Made by a program: the position numbers and the translations under genes
DNA from: Candidatus Poribacteria bacterium
GTDB taxonomy: Bacteria; Poribacteria; WGA-4E; WGA-3G
DNA length: 64,000 bases
Direction of reading: 5' to 3'
NCBI GenBank assembly: GCA_963665235.2
Contig: CAXXLX010000001.1
Span: forward strand, 512,001-576,000
In this document: positions 30,401 through 41,500 of the stretch, piece after piece
Position numbering within the stretch: position 1 is the first letter of the stretch
Layout of the letters: every line of letters starts with the position of its first letter
The notes under the pieces: generated by a model
What the model saw: the letters and a program-made list of their open reading frames with translations, nothing else
Database searches by the model: none
Told to the model about the DNA's origin: nothing

Positions 30401-31543
30401 GCCCCTCGTACGGGTACGCTTCCTATCACGTCCTTCACCCCTTGTAGTTAGCTTCAGAAGTGTCGGTTTACCCCATAGTGCCCACGCGTAGCTGCTATTT
30501 CCTTCAACGTTACAGTGCGTGATGAAGGTGATGTTCACTGTTTTATCCGCGTAATCTGTTAACTCTATCCCGTTTTCCGCCCAACGGCATTCGGTTGACA
30601 CAGCGTCAAAATGCGGTTCGCCCGAAATTTCGATACAGAACTTAACCCCGCCCGGTGGTCGCTCCGCGTCATCAAACACGATGCCATCACGGAGCCCGAC
30701 ACTGAAATGGAGAAAAAGTGCTTCGTTCTCGGCAACGGAAGGGAGTGCTAATTCGTAGTTAATTCGGGCAGCATCGGTTGATGATGGGTGTCCAAACAGG
30801 GCAGGTTTTTTTACGCCGCCTGCTGAATCTGCCAAGCTTGCTGATACCTGCTCCGCCCCCTTATATGTGCTATCTTCAAACATCGCTACGAAATCGTACA
30901 CTTCCTCGCTTGTCCCCAGCTTATAAGACACCTCAGGTTCACTTGGGCCGGGCGTTTCTTTATCGTCAGATGCGGCTTCTGATTCTGCAGTCTCACCATC
31001 CGTAGACGCGCTTTGTAAGGGCTCAATCGATTCTAAAGGTTTAGATATCTGATCTTCTTCTGTAGGCGTGCTCTCCGGAGCATCAGATGTTACTTCAGCT
31101 GTCTCTGCCTCGGCCGCTTCAGGCGTTTCAGTAGGAACGTGCTCCTGCTCGCCATTTTCCACATCTGAACTCTGTTCTGTGGGGGCATCATCGCCCGCGA
31201 CTTCTTCAACAGGGTCAGCAGAATCAGGGTCAGGCGTTTCAGTAGGAACGTGCTCCTGCTCGCGACTTTCCATATCCGAATCTTGTTCTGCTGGGATATC
31301 ATCGCCCGCGACTTCCTCAACTGGCTCAGCAGAATCAGGATTAGGCGTTTCAGTAGGGACGTGCTCTTGCTCGCGACTTTCCATATCCGAATCTTGTTCT
31401 GCTGGGATATCATCGCCCGCGACTTCCTCAACTGGCTCAGCAGAATCAGAGTCAGGCGTTTCAGTGGAGGCGTGCTCCTGCTCGCGATTTTCCACTACGG
31501 GTTGTTCAAGTTCTTCCTCGTCATTATGTGTTTCTTCTTCCAT
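27488..31543 (-). CDS. Large hypothetical protein: acidic repeat N-terminus, beta-sandwich region, C-terminal alpha/alpha-barrel-like region
   Basis: 1363-aa ORF; probable start MEEETH with AGGA; SSQAADGSW, YLKRAEYWA suggest a glycosidase/prenyltransferase-like barrel (tentative). Confidence 0.7.
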   Translation of the reverse strand: MEEETHNDEEELEQPVVENREQEHASTETPDSDSAEPVEEVAGDDIPAEQDSDMESREQEHVPTETPNPDSAEPVEEVAGDDIPAEQDSDMESREQEHVPTETPDPDSADPVEEVAGDDAPTEQSSDVENGEQEHVPTETPEAAEAETAEVTSDAPESTPTEEDQISKPLESIEPLQSASTDGETAESEAASDDKETPGPSEPEVSYKLGTSEEVYDFVAMFEDSTYKGAEQVSASLADSAGGVKKPALFGHPSSTDAARINYELALPSVAENEALFLHFSVGLRDGIVFDDAERPPGGVKFCIEISGEPHFDAVSTECRWAENGIELTDYADKTVNITFITHCNVEGNSSYAWALWGKPTLLKLTTRGEGRDRKRTRTRGRGRRRAVSTPELQCGIAIAEFDENQHSVFTFNRADFTPASEIAGEIYKQLADEPLDLTLYAAQPRLEIVSVGATSAVVGVGEAFEVQCTLKNTGAGPLTKDSKTRLSISELKLKRDKPTHNVNALAPGETTTLFWQANGISHSNSAEFSVTLKSQQHTGEKQVKGTVDIRPVLPKLETKVIPELHTYKQDEHVVMGNKHLRIVLVHNGTQRDSLRSQEIDIPEGFEYYAVFVAKGNTYHQVATSKTIAEATYISQSKEQPEQEGARTDTQQNLTFVPSEVYLSGNSLGEAIVRLSDEQKDADGVTWTLQLLLTLTEDARRIKAAYRLTVDSPRELLAFRGTEIYAGHKSMRDKKAAALFPGLEFLENEEPSSNPRDAAPPLNNRLVPHPYKITVPVMAVELQKSIVGIAWNPLESWDGEEHNVSAVFASPNSYHREKNHLMGLFLPTVPKWVKENERVAETAYTFTPERPISLACEIIADGNTTILDAVTHWTSAYGTPAPLNPPRSDEEELLLSRHGFMDTTWDAEARQSRHCADWPSQNEPGFATLLWYDYLITKSDPVKARVMEIADKTVAEGGPAALVARGSCHILSGEFPFYVGHLEAALAHYEDEVAPLLSSQAADGSWAFQPASERTESLGTPGDVVLGTCAVNALKLLKHARITGNSVSLEAGKKALAFMNRFSVPRGAQTWECPLYEPDILAAAYAIGAYIEAHEITGNKSYLKRAEYWAKAGLPFLYHWYLPDRPGMLFGSIPVFGTTFHTHPWFGVPVQWNGLVYAYYLQQLDRHKRDEKWRDIAEGITISAMYQQWTEGELKGTYPDGFYGFCTEGKGPHLNPEDIMVNVYTLRGLDPGIKTAIAGSIHLSSGAKPEDVNTSRKGELKWTLNYAENEISHTLITGYGQAPSLIRAHPTHPAQTEGAEHDADKEDAPYDIPQVESLEDVTSGWRYLHEKDAILIKQLHSTAEMQFQLLK
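31125..31490. repeat. ~120-bp coding repeat x3
   Basis: REQEHVPTETPxPDSAEPVEEVAGDDIPAEQDSDME repeated. Confidence 0.85.
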
Positions 31544-31688
31544 TTTTCCTATGAGAAAATGTTGGAAAAACGTCAGCATTTCATATCTCCTCTGCTCAAA
31601 GTAGTAGGCATTTTTGAGTATTAGGGCAAGCAGCCTGCTCCTAAGGTTTCCGTAACAACGTTATAGAAGCGAGCTCGCGATTTACAAG

Positions 31689-32393
31689 CTATTGCTTTTC
31701 TTGCCACCGCTTTTTTTGCTGCTTCATTTCAGCGTTGAGAACAGGGTCAGATGATGGCGTTTGGTTTGCCGCGTCAATGAGCCAAACCCCGTCTTCGCTC
31801 TTCAGCACCGGTTTCCGTTGTTCAACAGGTAGCACGTCAAACGGTTTATGCGGCTCTATCTGATACCAATATGCGACAGAAGATGTCTCATTGCTGAGAT
31901 GGTTGCCGTGTCCGTGCTCAATTGTCACCCGAATCTCTTTCTCAAAACGGATGGGATTTTCAAGATGATAGACATACGAAGTTTGGTAACCGTTGGTATC
32001 GCTCTCGTGAATGGATGAACCGTTATGCGCAAACGCATTGCGTTGCATCCCCCACGCCTGATTGAGATAATCTTCTGAGCCGGTGCCGTGCAAATCCGGT
32101 GGCCACTTATAGCCATCTATCCAAATCATATCATCGCCTTCACCCCACCATGTGCCTTGGAAGTTGGTAACCGACAGATTACAACCGATATAGTGCCCTC
32201 TCCCTTCGGCAGACAGGATAAGATAGTTGTTATCCCATGCGAGTCGTTCCGCATTGATGATATCCGCTTCCGCCGTGTTGACTTTGATTTCGTGTCCCCA
32301 GCCATCACACGGATTTTCGCGATGAAATTGTGCATGAAAATGTGCCACATCCTCACCGTGGGGTGTCGGGTATAACTCGTAAACCATCAACAT
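31689..32393 (-). pseudogene. C-terminal part of a DUF2961 / GH172 glycoside hydrolase
   Basis: GRGHYIGC, WWGEGDD, GTGSEDY, VTIEHGH, SSVAYWYQ; the N-terminal part is not found before or after the adjacent IS. Confidence 0.75.
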
Positions 32394-32462
32394 AAGTCAT
32401 AGTTCAATTTTCCTATATATGCATCACACTGCGAATTCATGTTGTAGTGATACTCACAACGC

Positions 32463-33752
32463 CTAAAGGCGTGTGCTTCTTTGCCTCCTCAGGGGAGGCT
32501 TACTTGATTTGAGCCCCGAAAACGGGGACCACTTATCAAGTCGACGCAGGTGCGGATTAAACCGAACACCTGTGGGGGATACCACAGCCCCGACTACAGG
32601 GTTGAAAAGCCAGCCCTGATACTTTGTCAAAATGTTGCTTGCCCACACAACGTCTCTGTGTCCGTTCCAACCGCATTTAGAACAGTGGTAATTTCTGCCA
32701 CTCGGCTTCTTGCGATTACGGCAACTCGGACAAGTTTGTGAGGTATAGGCTTCGTTTTCTGTCTCAACGTTGATGCCTACCGCTTTTGCTTTGTAGGTTA
32801 TCAGGTGTTCGATTTTTGAGAAAGACCACTGGTGCAACTTCTGATTGGCGTTTTTGCTATAGTTAATAGATTGTCGTATGTGCTTAATGTCACCAATGAC
32901 AATCGTTTCTATCCTTCGCTCTCGGCAGGAAGAAACAAATCGAGACGTGATTTTGTGACGCATATCACGTAATTGATTAGCAAGCGATGCAAGCGTTCTA
33001 TCTTTAGCACGTTTTAGTTTTTTCCAACGCTTGCTATAACGTTTGCACCTTGATAGTTTTTGGTTGATTTTCGCCTTAAACTTTTCGCAATACCTTGCTT
33101 TACTTCGGATTTCGCGGCCGTTATAAATCTCGGAATTAAGTCCATCAAAAGCAACAATCGGATGTATTTCGCCCATGTCCACAGCAACCACAGTACCCGC
33201 TTTTACTTTTGTCCGCTTCGGTTGCGTTACGTAGGTTGCGTGGAACTCGTATTGTTTCGTGGTTCGGTTATAGACAAGTGAGACTTCAGCGGGCACTTTC
33301 TTATGGAACTTCTTATCAATCTTAATCCAGAGTGGGTCTCTGCCTTTGCCCAGAGAAAGCCGTAGCTTACCGTGCTTGTAGGTGATACCTGTAGCACGCC
33401 ACGTGAAAGTATGGAACTTATGCTTTGGAGGCTTTGCTTTGGGATTAGAAGCTTTATTAGAAAAGAAAGAACGCCTTGCACCGCAATAGTCGTCTATGAT
33501 TGCCTGAACGCTATGGGCATGGCAGGGATACCGCTTGAATTTGAGATATGCCTTAAGTCCACCGTCTGAAATCCAAAAGCCTTTTCGCCTGTGTGTTTTG
33601 AACGCAAGCGATACCGTTTTTGAATAGATACGACCGCCAAGCCGATTCATCTCGTCTAACTGCTCTGTAGGCTTGGCGGTTCCTATGATATAAGTGAGAT
33701 AATCATTTTTGGACCTAGACATTCTTTTCATCCTCAATATACTTTTTGACAA
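32463..33752 (-). CDS. tnpB: TnpB RNA-guided endonuclease
   Basis: Same motifs as copy 1. Confidence 0.93.
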   Translation of the reverse strand: MSKSILRMKRMSRSKNDYLTYIIGTAKPTEQLDEMNRLGGRIYSKTVSLAFKTHRRKGFWISDGGLKAYLKFKRYPCHAHSVQAIIDDYCGARRSFFSNKASNPKAKPPKHKFHTFTWRATGITYKHGKLRLSLGKGRDPLWIKIDKKFHKKVPAEVSLVYNRTTKQYEFHATYVTQPKRTKVKAGTVVAVDMGEIHPIVAFDGLNSEIYNGREIRSKARYCEKFKAKINQKLSRCKRYSKRWKKLKRAKDRTLASLANQLRDMRHKITSRFVSSCRERRIETIVIGDIKHIRQSINYSKNANQKLHQWSFSKIEHLITYKAKAVGINVETENEAYTSQTCPSCRNRKKPSGRNYHCSKCGWNGHRDVVWASNILTKYQGWLFNPVVGAVVSPTGVRFNPHLRRLDKWSPFSGLKSSKPPLRRQRSTRL

Positions 33753-34128
33753 CTTCTAAGGATACACACCCAACCGACGATATGAATTTGGAACGCGTCC
33801 ACAGAGAGGGTAAACCGGATTTTAGGTGTGGAAATCCCTCACGCAAGACTTTAGAGGTGAAACCTTTTAGCATCCAAACTGTCCGAGTGACTGGCACTTT
33901 CGGATTGGTTTCTATGATAAGATGCACAGGGTCTTCCATCACCTCACTGGCACACACCTTAAAATCTAAATCGGTTTGTTTGGAGCATATCAGCTGATGC
34001 AACCGTTCTTGTATAGGTTCGGTTAAAACCTTGCGCCGATACTTCGGACACCAGATAACAGGATACTGACAACTATAGACAAGGTTCGTATCAGAATACC
34101 AACTCTTTTCTGGGTTCTTAATAAACAT
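33715..34128 (-). CDS. tnpA: IS200-type Y1 transposase (HUH motif altered)
   Basis: Same motifs as copy 1. Confidence 0.9.
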   Translation of the reverse strand: MFIKNPEKSWYSDTNLVYSCQYPVIWCPKYRRKVLTEPIQERLHQLICSKQTDLDFKVCASEVMEDPVHLIIETNPKVPVTRTVWMLKGFTSKVLREGFPHLKSGLPSLWTRSKFISSVGCVSLEVVKKYIEDEKNV

Positions 34129-34346
34129 TATACTATATCCTTTATCTGTTAGTTTCTCTAATATAGGATAACATATTTTTTAGATAATGTCAACTATTTT
34201 AGCTGTCACAGAGGCACGGGCGTTACGGGGTTGGACCCACAGCTAAAGCAGTGGGATTGTTAAGTGAGTCCCTTCACTATCAATTATAACACATCCATAC
34301 AAAAAAGCAACAGAAAAATCTATTTCTCAGCCGCTGTCCCGATTAT

Positions 34347-34844
34347 CAAGTCTTCCGCTACAAAACCCCCGTGCTTTAGCTGGGGGATGTAGTAGCGGCG
34401 CATGAGCTAAAATTTTAATTTGACTTTTGCATTAAAATGTGGTATAATATATATATCATCAGTGGTTCGGATTACCACCTTCAACGCCACCAATGTTGAA
34501 GTTCCGAACCTCAACCTATGGTAGGGTTGTGTGCTGATGTTCTGGCGATACCCAGTCAATATCCACATTTTTGTGCAATGCTTTCGGTATCCAAAAGACG
34601 GGTCATGCTGCATTGGATACCAAAGCACTGATTCACAAGCATAAAGAAGGTGCGAAGCACGAGGGCAGGGCATTGTCCTTTGAGTTAGGGGCAGTAAGAC
34701 TTGGAACAGCCCAAGCATCTCCGTTGAGGATGTCCTCGGTGGGACCTCGGACGTTCACACGTCTGAAAACCACAATCCAATAGCTAACGCGTAGCGGAAC
34801 TTTTTAAAAGAATCTCCCTTGCTTTAGCTGGGAGAGTATGTCAA
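34347..34844 (+). mobile_element. Non-autonomous IS605-type element (PATE-like) with promoter and TnpB-type right-end RNA, no intact ORF
   Basis: TTAT|CAAG.. left end with hairpin CCCCCGTGCTTTAGCTGGGGG; right end GAATCTCCCTTGCTTTAGCTGGGAGAGTATGTCAA; internal GGCAGGGCATTGTCC..GTAAGAC..CCGTTGA typical of tnpB 3' ends. Confidence 0.78.
34420..34448 (+). promoter_or_regulatory. Near-consensus sigma70 promoter
   Basis: TTGACT-17 nt-TATAAT with extended TG. Confidence 0.75.
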
Positions 34845-35066
34845 GTACTCAAACTTGACTATCAACCCTGTAATGAGACGCAGTGTTTATTGCCACAGGT
34901 GTTAGATATTCCGTTGAAATTGCGGTAAATTGATGGGTTTCGCTTTTTTGGCGATTAGCGATTGGCGATTAGCAAATAGCAAGAGGAAGAGGGGTTTGAC
35001 GCGCAGCAGAGATATGCTTAGCATCACAACCTTCTTGCTAATTGCCAAACTGCCAAAGAAGGAGGT

Positions 35067-35425
35067 ATGATTATGTTTTCACGGCTTCAAGCTCATCGGG
35101 ACAGACGGAAAAGACGATTCGATGAAGCTAGAACCGAAGGAAAAGCCGAAGGTAAAACCGAGGCTTACCGAACGCGAGTTTGAAAAAAGTTTTGACCTAG
35201 AGCGTTCTCTGGTAGTTTTAGCAAAAAACAGCACAAACTAGGAAGTATGTGCTACAATTATGCTGCTTTTTTCTCGGTGAAACAGGTTTAGAGCAAACGG
35301 ATATTTATTATCAAGCTCACGTTTACCGAGAAATCGCTGAATGGAATAGCAGACGGCTCAACGCACTGGCACGAAATGAACCATTCACCGAACTGTTCCC
35401 TGAACCGCCTGACACTACTCATTAG
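35067..35425 (+). pseudogene. Small EGKAEG-motif protein (Rpn C-terminal-like) interrupted by a MITE
   Basis: AAGGAGG RBS; removing 35171-35328 gives MFSRLQAHRDRRKRRFDEARTEGKAEGKTEAYREIAEWNSRRLNALARNEPFTELFPEPPDTTH*. Confidence 0.75.
35171..35323 (+). mobile_element. MITE, 153 bp, TIR AACGYGAGYTTGA, 5-bp TSD TACCG
   Basis: AACGCGAGTTTGA...TCAAGCTCACGTT flanked by TACCG twice; inverted homologue at 49541-49694. Confidence 0.88.
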
Positions 35426-35528
35426 CGATTGGCGATTGGCGATTGGCAAGAAATATAAGAGGGTTCTTTCTCTTGCTAATTGCCAACTGCCAACTGCAAC
35501 CTTAACAATATTGTAGGCTAAGTTTATC

Positions 35529-38500
35529 CTACCTGTTAGATTTTACAGATGCCCAGGTCCGGAACTGTTTGCCAGAGGCGGATACATGTCCACGCATCCG
35601 AACCGTCTGCAGCTGTTCACGCACACCGCTAAACGACACATCCTCTATACGATAGTAATACGAAACATTCGGCTTCGCTGTTGTGTCTTTCCATTCATAC
35701 TGCTGACGCTCACCGGTCGTGCCAGCACCCTGAATTAGCTCAGCATTAATCTGTTTGAACGCACCGGTCCGCGACTCACTGCGATAGATATTGAACCCCG
35801 CATTGTCTAACTCGGACTCGGTCGTCCACTTCAGCACAACTTCTGTCCCTGTGAACAGCGCATCGAAATGCGACAACGATACAGGTAAATAACCCCCCTG
35901 ACGATAGCCCGGATTACCAATATCTGTGCTATGTCCCCAGTAAGTTCTAAAACTGAGTTTCAAATCCTTCGCTATTTTCCAACTTGAGAGTTCTGTGCCG
36001 GGAAGCGGTGCCCCATTTTCATACTTACGGATTAATGAATTTCTATATCCCTCTAACGTTTTGCCAGCGGGCAGTTGCCAGGCGGGTTTGTCCATCGTCT
36101 TGGCATCACCATCAAGGTTGCCAATCTTATCAACCATTTTACCGTTGGCATCGGACAGCATCAGACTAAACCCGGCACTACTTAACAACAAATATCGGTT
36201 TACGTTAAATAGTTCACTTATACCGGGCATGTCTGTGTGCTGCACTGACAAATCGTACACTTTGTGCTCTGGGAAATGCCCAGAGTTGGAGCTTTTCTGC
36301 GTTACGATTAGCAACGTCTGTTTCGGGCCGACGTGAACGCCCTCAAAGGTGAAACCCCACGTTGTGTTTCGCAACGTGTTCGGTTCAGGTTTCACTTCTA
36401 AGTTAAACTGCCACCCTCTCAGGTCAACAGTTTTGTTAGAGGTATTGTAAAATTCTATCCACTGCGGGGCTGCACGACCGAAGTCTCGCGTAGCGAACAT
36501 TAGCTCACTGATAGAAACCGGACCACTCGGCAGATTCTTGCCCTTCGGGTAATCGTTGAGATGGCCGGGGGTGCCGAGACTGGTTGTCTTCGGGGCATCC
36601 TTATCGTAGCCGCGCCCCTCCTGGTATCCGCTGGCTGTCCACGCCGCTGCGAGATAGCCGGGCAACTTCTTCGTTGCGGTCGTGCCGGGTATTTTCTTAT
36701 CGGTCCGCCGCCACGCTGCATCCAGGGCGAAGACTGGACGTATTCCTGTCGGTTTCTGAATATACAGGGGCCACATCAACGTTTCGTGGTCCAGATTGTT
36801 CGGCCAATAGGTGCTGGCTACATCAACAATCGCTTCGGAGGTGCCAATTCTATCCTTCTTCTCACGCAAAGTGAGAAGGTATTTCTCCTCGACCGGAAGC
36901 GGAAGTTTCAACGCTTTGGTGGTGATATACCTTGAGACGTTCCAGCTTTCCAGAACAGCCTCATCCCAGCGTCCGGTATAGATGTCAATTCCCGCTGCGA
37001 TGGCGGTTTTCTCCGTCGCACTGTTGAGAATCAAAAGGATATGGTTCGGCAGCAACTCGTAACTTGGAAGTGTGATAATCTTTTTCTCTTCCAGGGTCTT
37101 GCCGTTGCCTGTTACGATGCCGATTTCCCAATCTCCAAGATTAACGCTCCGCTGTCCTACGTTCTTCAGTTCTATCCAGTCATTTTTATCCTCGGTGCCG
37201 TTGTATATCTCGTTGAAGATGACTTTGCCGAAATCGGAGCCATATTCCTCTGTAGACCCTGTGTCAACCAGTTGCGACTCGGTTTCAAAATCAATCGTTA
37301 TACTCACATCTGCAGCAGGCCCATTTCGGACACCGTCTGTCCCCGCATTCACCTTCACAGTGAGGACGATTTCGCCAGCAGTATCAACAGGGGGCGTGAT
37401 GGTAACCGTGTAGTCCGTGCCGCTGCCTGTCAAAGTGAATGTCGCATCGTCTATGCCATACATCCGAGTTGTCGTCAATGTCATATCGCCCAATTCAAAC
37501 CCGTTGACAGGTTTGGAGAAGGTAATATCGACATCAAACGGACCCGTCTGCACATCTTGCGGCACTGTGAAGCGGACCGTCGGTACTGTTGTATCAAAAG
37601 CGATACTTTCGGATGTTCTAACGGCAGTCGGCACATCATACACACCATCGTTTGCAGCATCAGCACGGACTTGAACCTGTAACGTGCCTTTGGCATTGGC
37701 GGGCACGGTGATTGTGGTTGTATAGTTGGCACCTTCACCTGTCAATACTGATGAAACGGTGCCGCCGCTGGTATCGGCACGCGTTGTGATAAGGGTAATA
37801 TCATCTGTTTCAAACTCCGTGACAGGTTTGGAGAAGGTGATACCGACATCAAACGTGTTGTTAAGTTGCGTTCCCGAAGGTTCGCTGAAAACTAGCGTCG
37901 TCGGATTCGTATTCACAGGTGGCGTGTTAACCGGGTTCGTATTCACAGGTGGCGTGTTAACCGGGTTCGTATTCGCAGGTGGCGTGTTAACCGGGTTCGT
38001 ATTCGCAGGTGGCGTGTTAACCGGGTTCGTATTCGCAGGTGGCGTGTTAACCGGGTTCGTATTCGCAGGTGGCGTGTTAACCGGGTTCGTATTCGCAGGT
38101 GGCGTGTTAACCGGGTTCGTATTCGCAGGTGGCGTGTTAACGGATGTATCAAAATTTACCGATACACTGGTATCTGCAACAGGTCCGTTGCGCACGCCAT
38201 CCGTCGCTGCATCTGCTTTCACGGTGAGGGCAATATCCCCCGCAGCATTCGCAGGTGGAGTGAGGGTAGCCGTGTAGTCGGTGCCGCTGCCCGTCAAAGT
38301 GAATGTCGCATCGCCTGTGCCACTTGTCCGAGTTGTTGTCAATGTCATATCGCCTACTTCAAACCCGGTGACAGACTTCGAGAAGGTGATACCGACATCA
38401 AAGGCACTCGCCTGCACACCTTGCGGCACTGTGAAACTGACCGTCGGGAGTGTCGTATCAAAAGCGATACTTGCCGACATTTGAGCGGTAGTCGGCACAT

Positions 38501-41500
38501 CGTGTGTGCCATCGTTGGCAGCATTTGCAGCAATTGAAAGCGTGGCACTTCCTGCCGCATCGGTTGGCGATGTAATCGTAGCTGTCCAAGACGTACCCGA
38601 ACCGCTCAACGATACCGAGGCAGTGCCAGAGGTGCTCGCCACTGTGATGTCACTTGCCGCAAACCCGGTGACCGATTTAGAGAAGGTAATACCAACATTA
38701 AACGTGTTGGCGCGTTGCGTCCCCGAAGGTTCACTGAAAACTAGCGTAGCCGGGGTCGTATTCACAGGCGGTGTGTTAATCGGATCCGAAAGCACCGGGG
38801 GCGTGTTAATCGGATCTGTATTCAGAGGCGGCTTGCTAACCTGTGTATCAAAAGATACCGATACACTCGCATTTTCAGCCGGTCCGTTGCGCACACCATC
38901 CGACGCTGCATCCGCTTTCACAGTGAAAACGACTCGACCGATAGCATCCGCAGGCGGGGTGAGGGTAGCCGTGTAGTCGGTGCCGCTACCCGTCAAAGTG
39001 AATGTCGCATCGCCTGTGCCACTTGTCCGAGTTGTTGTCAAGGTCATATCGCCTACTTCAAACCCAGTGACAGACCTGGAGAAGGTGATATCGACATCAA
39101 ACGGACCTGTCTGGACATTTGGCGGCACTGTGAAACTGACCGTCGGCGTTGTAGTGTCAAATGTAATAGCAGCGGAGCTGACGTTGCTTTCAGGTGCACT
39201 GCGGGCACCATCCGTTACTGAATCGCCTGAGATTTCCAACGTGACAGCACCTTTTGCCTCCGTGGGCGAGGTAACTGTAGCGGTATAAGAGGTGCCTGAA
39301 CCGCTGAGCGTCACTGTGGCATCGCCGGAGCCATTGGTGTGTGTTGTGTTCACCGTTATGTCACTTGCCTCAAAACCTGTGACCGATTTAGAAAAGGTAA
39401 TCGGTACATCAAATGTATCTGCTACCTGTGTGCCCGGGGGTTCCGTGAAGCTGACCGTTGCCACCGTGGTATCGTAGGCGATGGGTTGTGATGTCTCCGT
39501 GGTTGCCGGCACCTCATTTGCCCTATCATACGCGGCATGTTTGCCGACAGCTAATGTCACCGTGCCTTCGGCTGTTGTCGGTGAGGTCACCGTTGCGGTG
39601 TAAGACTTGCCGGAACCGCTCAACGTGAACGTGGCATTGCCGGAGCCGCTGGTGTGGGTTGTGGCAATTGTGATGTCACCCGCTTCAAACCCTTGGACAT
39701 CTTTGGAGAAGGTAATCCCAACGTCAAACGTTTTCGCTATCTGGACACCCTTCGGTTCACTGAAATTCACCGTGCCTTGTGTCGTATCAAAAGGGATAGG
39801 ATTAGACACTGCTATGTTTGCTGGGGCAGTGCGTGTACCATCCGTAACAGCATTTGCGGCGACGTAAAGGATGATGATACCTTTGGCATTTGTCGGTGAG
39901 ATGACCGAGGCGGAGTAGTCAAGGGATAAGCCCGATATGACCAACGTCACTGAGGCTGTGCCCGTGCTACTCGTCACGGTGATGTCGCTTGCATCAAACC
40001 CCGTAATATTCTTAGAGAAGGTAATCGGAACGGCAAAGCCGCTGCCTAACTGTGTGCCTACGGGTTCATCGAAACTCACCGTTGCCACCGTCGTATCAAA
40101 ACTAATCGCATCGGAGGTCGCTTTACTTGCTGGACCGGTGCGGGTGCCATCTGTTACCGAGTCTGCCGCAACTTCCAAGGTGATAGTCCCTTTCGTTGCC
40201 GTGGGAGATGTCACCGTTGCGGTGTAGGAAGTACCCGAACCGCTCAATGACACTGAGGCATTGCCACTGCTACTTGTCACGGTGATGTCACTCGCAGCAA
40301 ATCCTGTGACAGACTTGGAGATGGTAATCCCAACGTTAAACGTGTCTCTGTATTGTGTGCCTACAGGTTCTGTAAAGTCTACCGTTGCGACCGTCGTATC
40401 AAAACTAATCGCATCCGATGTCGCTTTACTTGCAGGACCCGTGCGCGTGCCATCCGTGACTGCATTTTTCGCAACTTCTAAGGTGATGGTGCCTTTGGCT
40501 GCCGTGGGTGAGGTCACCGTGGCGGTGTAGTCTTTGCCTGAACCGCTCAATGACACCGAAGCAGTGCCGGTGCTACTTGTCACTGTAATGTCACTGGCAG
40601 CAAATCCTGTGACAGACTTGGAGATGGTAATCGGAACGTCGAAAGTATTTGCTACCTGGATGCCTGCCGGTTCTGTAAAGTCTACCGTTGCGACTGTCGT
40701 ATCAAAACTAATCGCATCCGATGTGGCTTTACTTGCTGGACCTGTGCGGGTGCCATCCGTAACAGCATCTTTCGCAACTGCCAAGGTGATAGTCCCTTTT
40801 GCTGCCGTGGGTGAGGTCACCGTGGCGGTGTAGTCTTTGCCGGAACCGCTCAATGACACAGAGGCAGTGCCGGTGCTACTTGTCACTGTAATGTCACTGG
40901 CAGCAAATCCTGTGACACTCTTATTGAAGGTGATAGGCACATCAAACGTATTTGCTACTTGTGTTCCTGCCGGTTCTGTGAAAGTCACCGTTGCAACTGT
41001 TGTATCAAAACTAATCGCATCGGAGGTGACTTTGCTTGCAGGCCCCGTGCGCGTGCCATCCGTAACAGCATCTTTCGCAACTTCCAACGTGATAGTCCCT
41101 TTCGCTGTTGTCGGTGAGGTCACCGTGGCGGTATAGGAAGTGCCGGAACCGCTTAACGTTACCGTGGCATCACCTGAGCCGCTTGTGCGCGTCGTCGTTA
41201 CCGTAATATCGCTCGCTACAAATCCTGTGACAGACTTAGAGATGGTAATCGGAACGTCAAAGGTGGCTCCATACTGTGTGCCTGCCGGTTCTGTAAAGTC
41301 TACCGTTGCGACTGTTGTATCAAAGCTAATCGCATCGGAGGTGGCTTTACTAGCAGGACCGGTGCGTGTGCCATCCGTGACAGCATTTTTCGCAACCTCC
41401 AACGTGATAGTCCCTTTCGCTGCCGTGGGCGAGGTAACCGTGGCGGTATAGGAAGTCCCCGAACCGCTTAACGTTACCGTAGCATCGCCTGAGCCGCTTG

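Larger units (their letters stand above)
32447..34276 (-). mobile_element. IS200/IS605-family element copy 2 (tnpA + tnpB)
   Basis: Near-identical to copy 1; a few substitutions (PAG/PAE, GPV/GTV, HHL/HQL). Confidence 0.92.

Noticed and set aside
34455-34545. Hammerhead ribozyme or tRNA
   Set aside because: CTGATGT rather than CTGANGA with no matching GAAA; no cloverleaf with T-loop and CCA.
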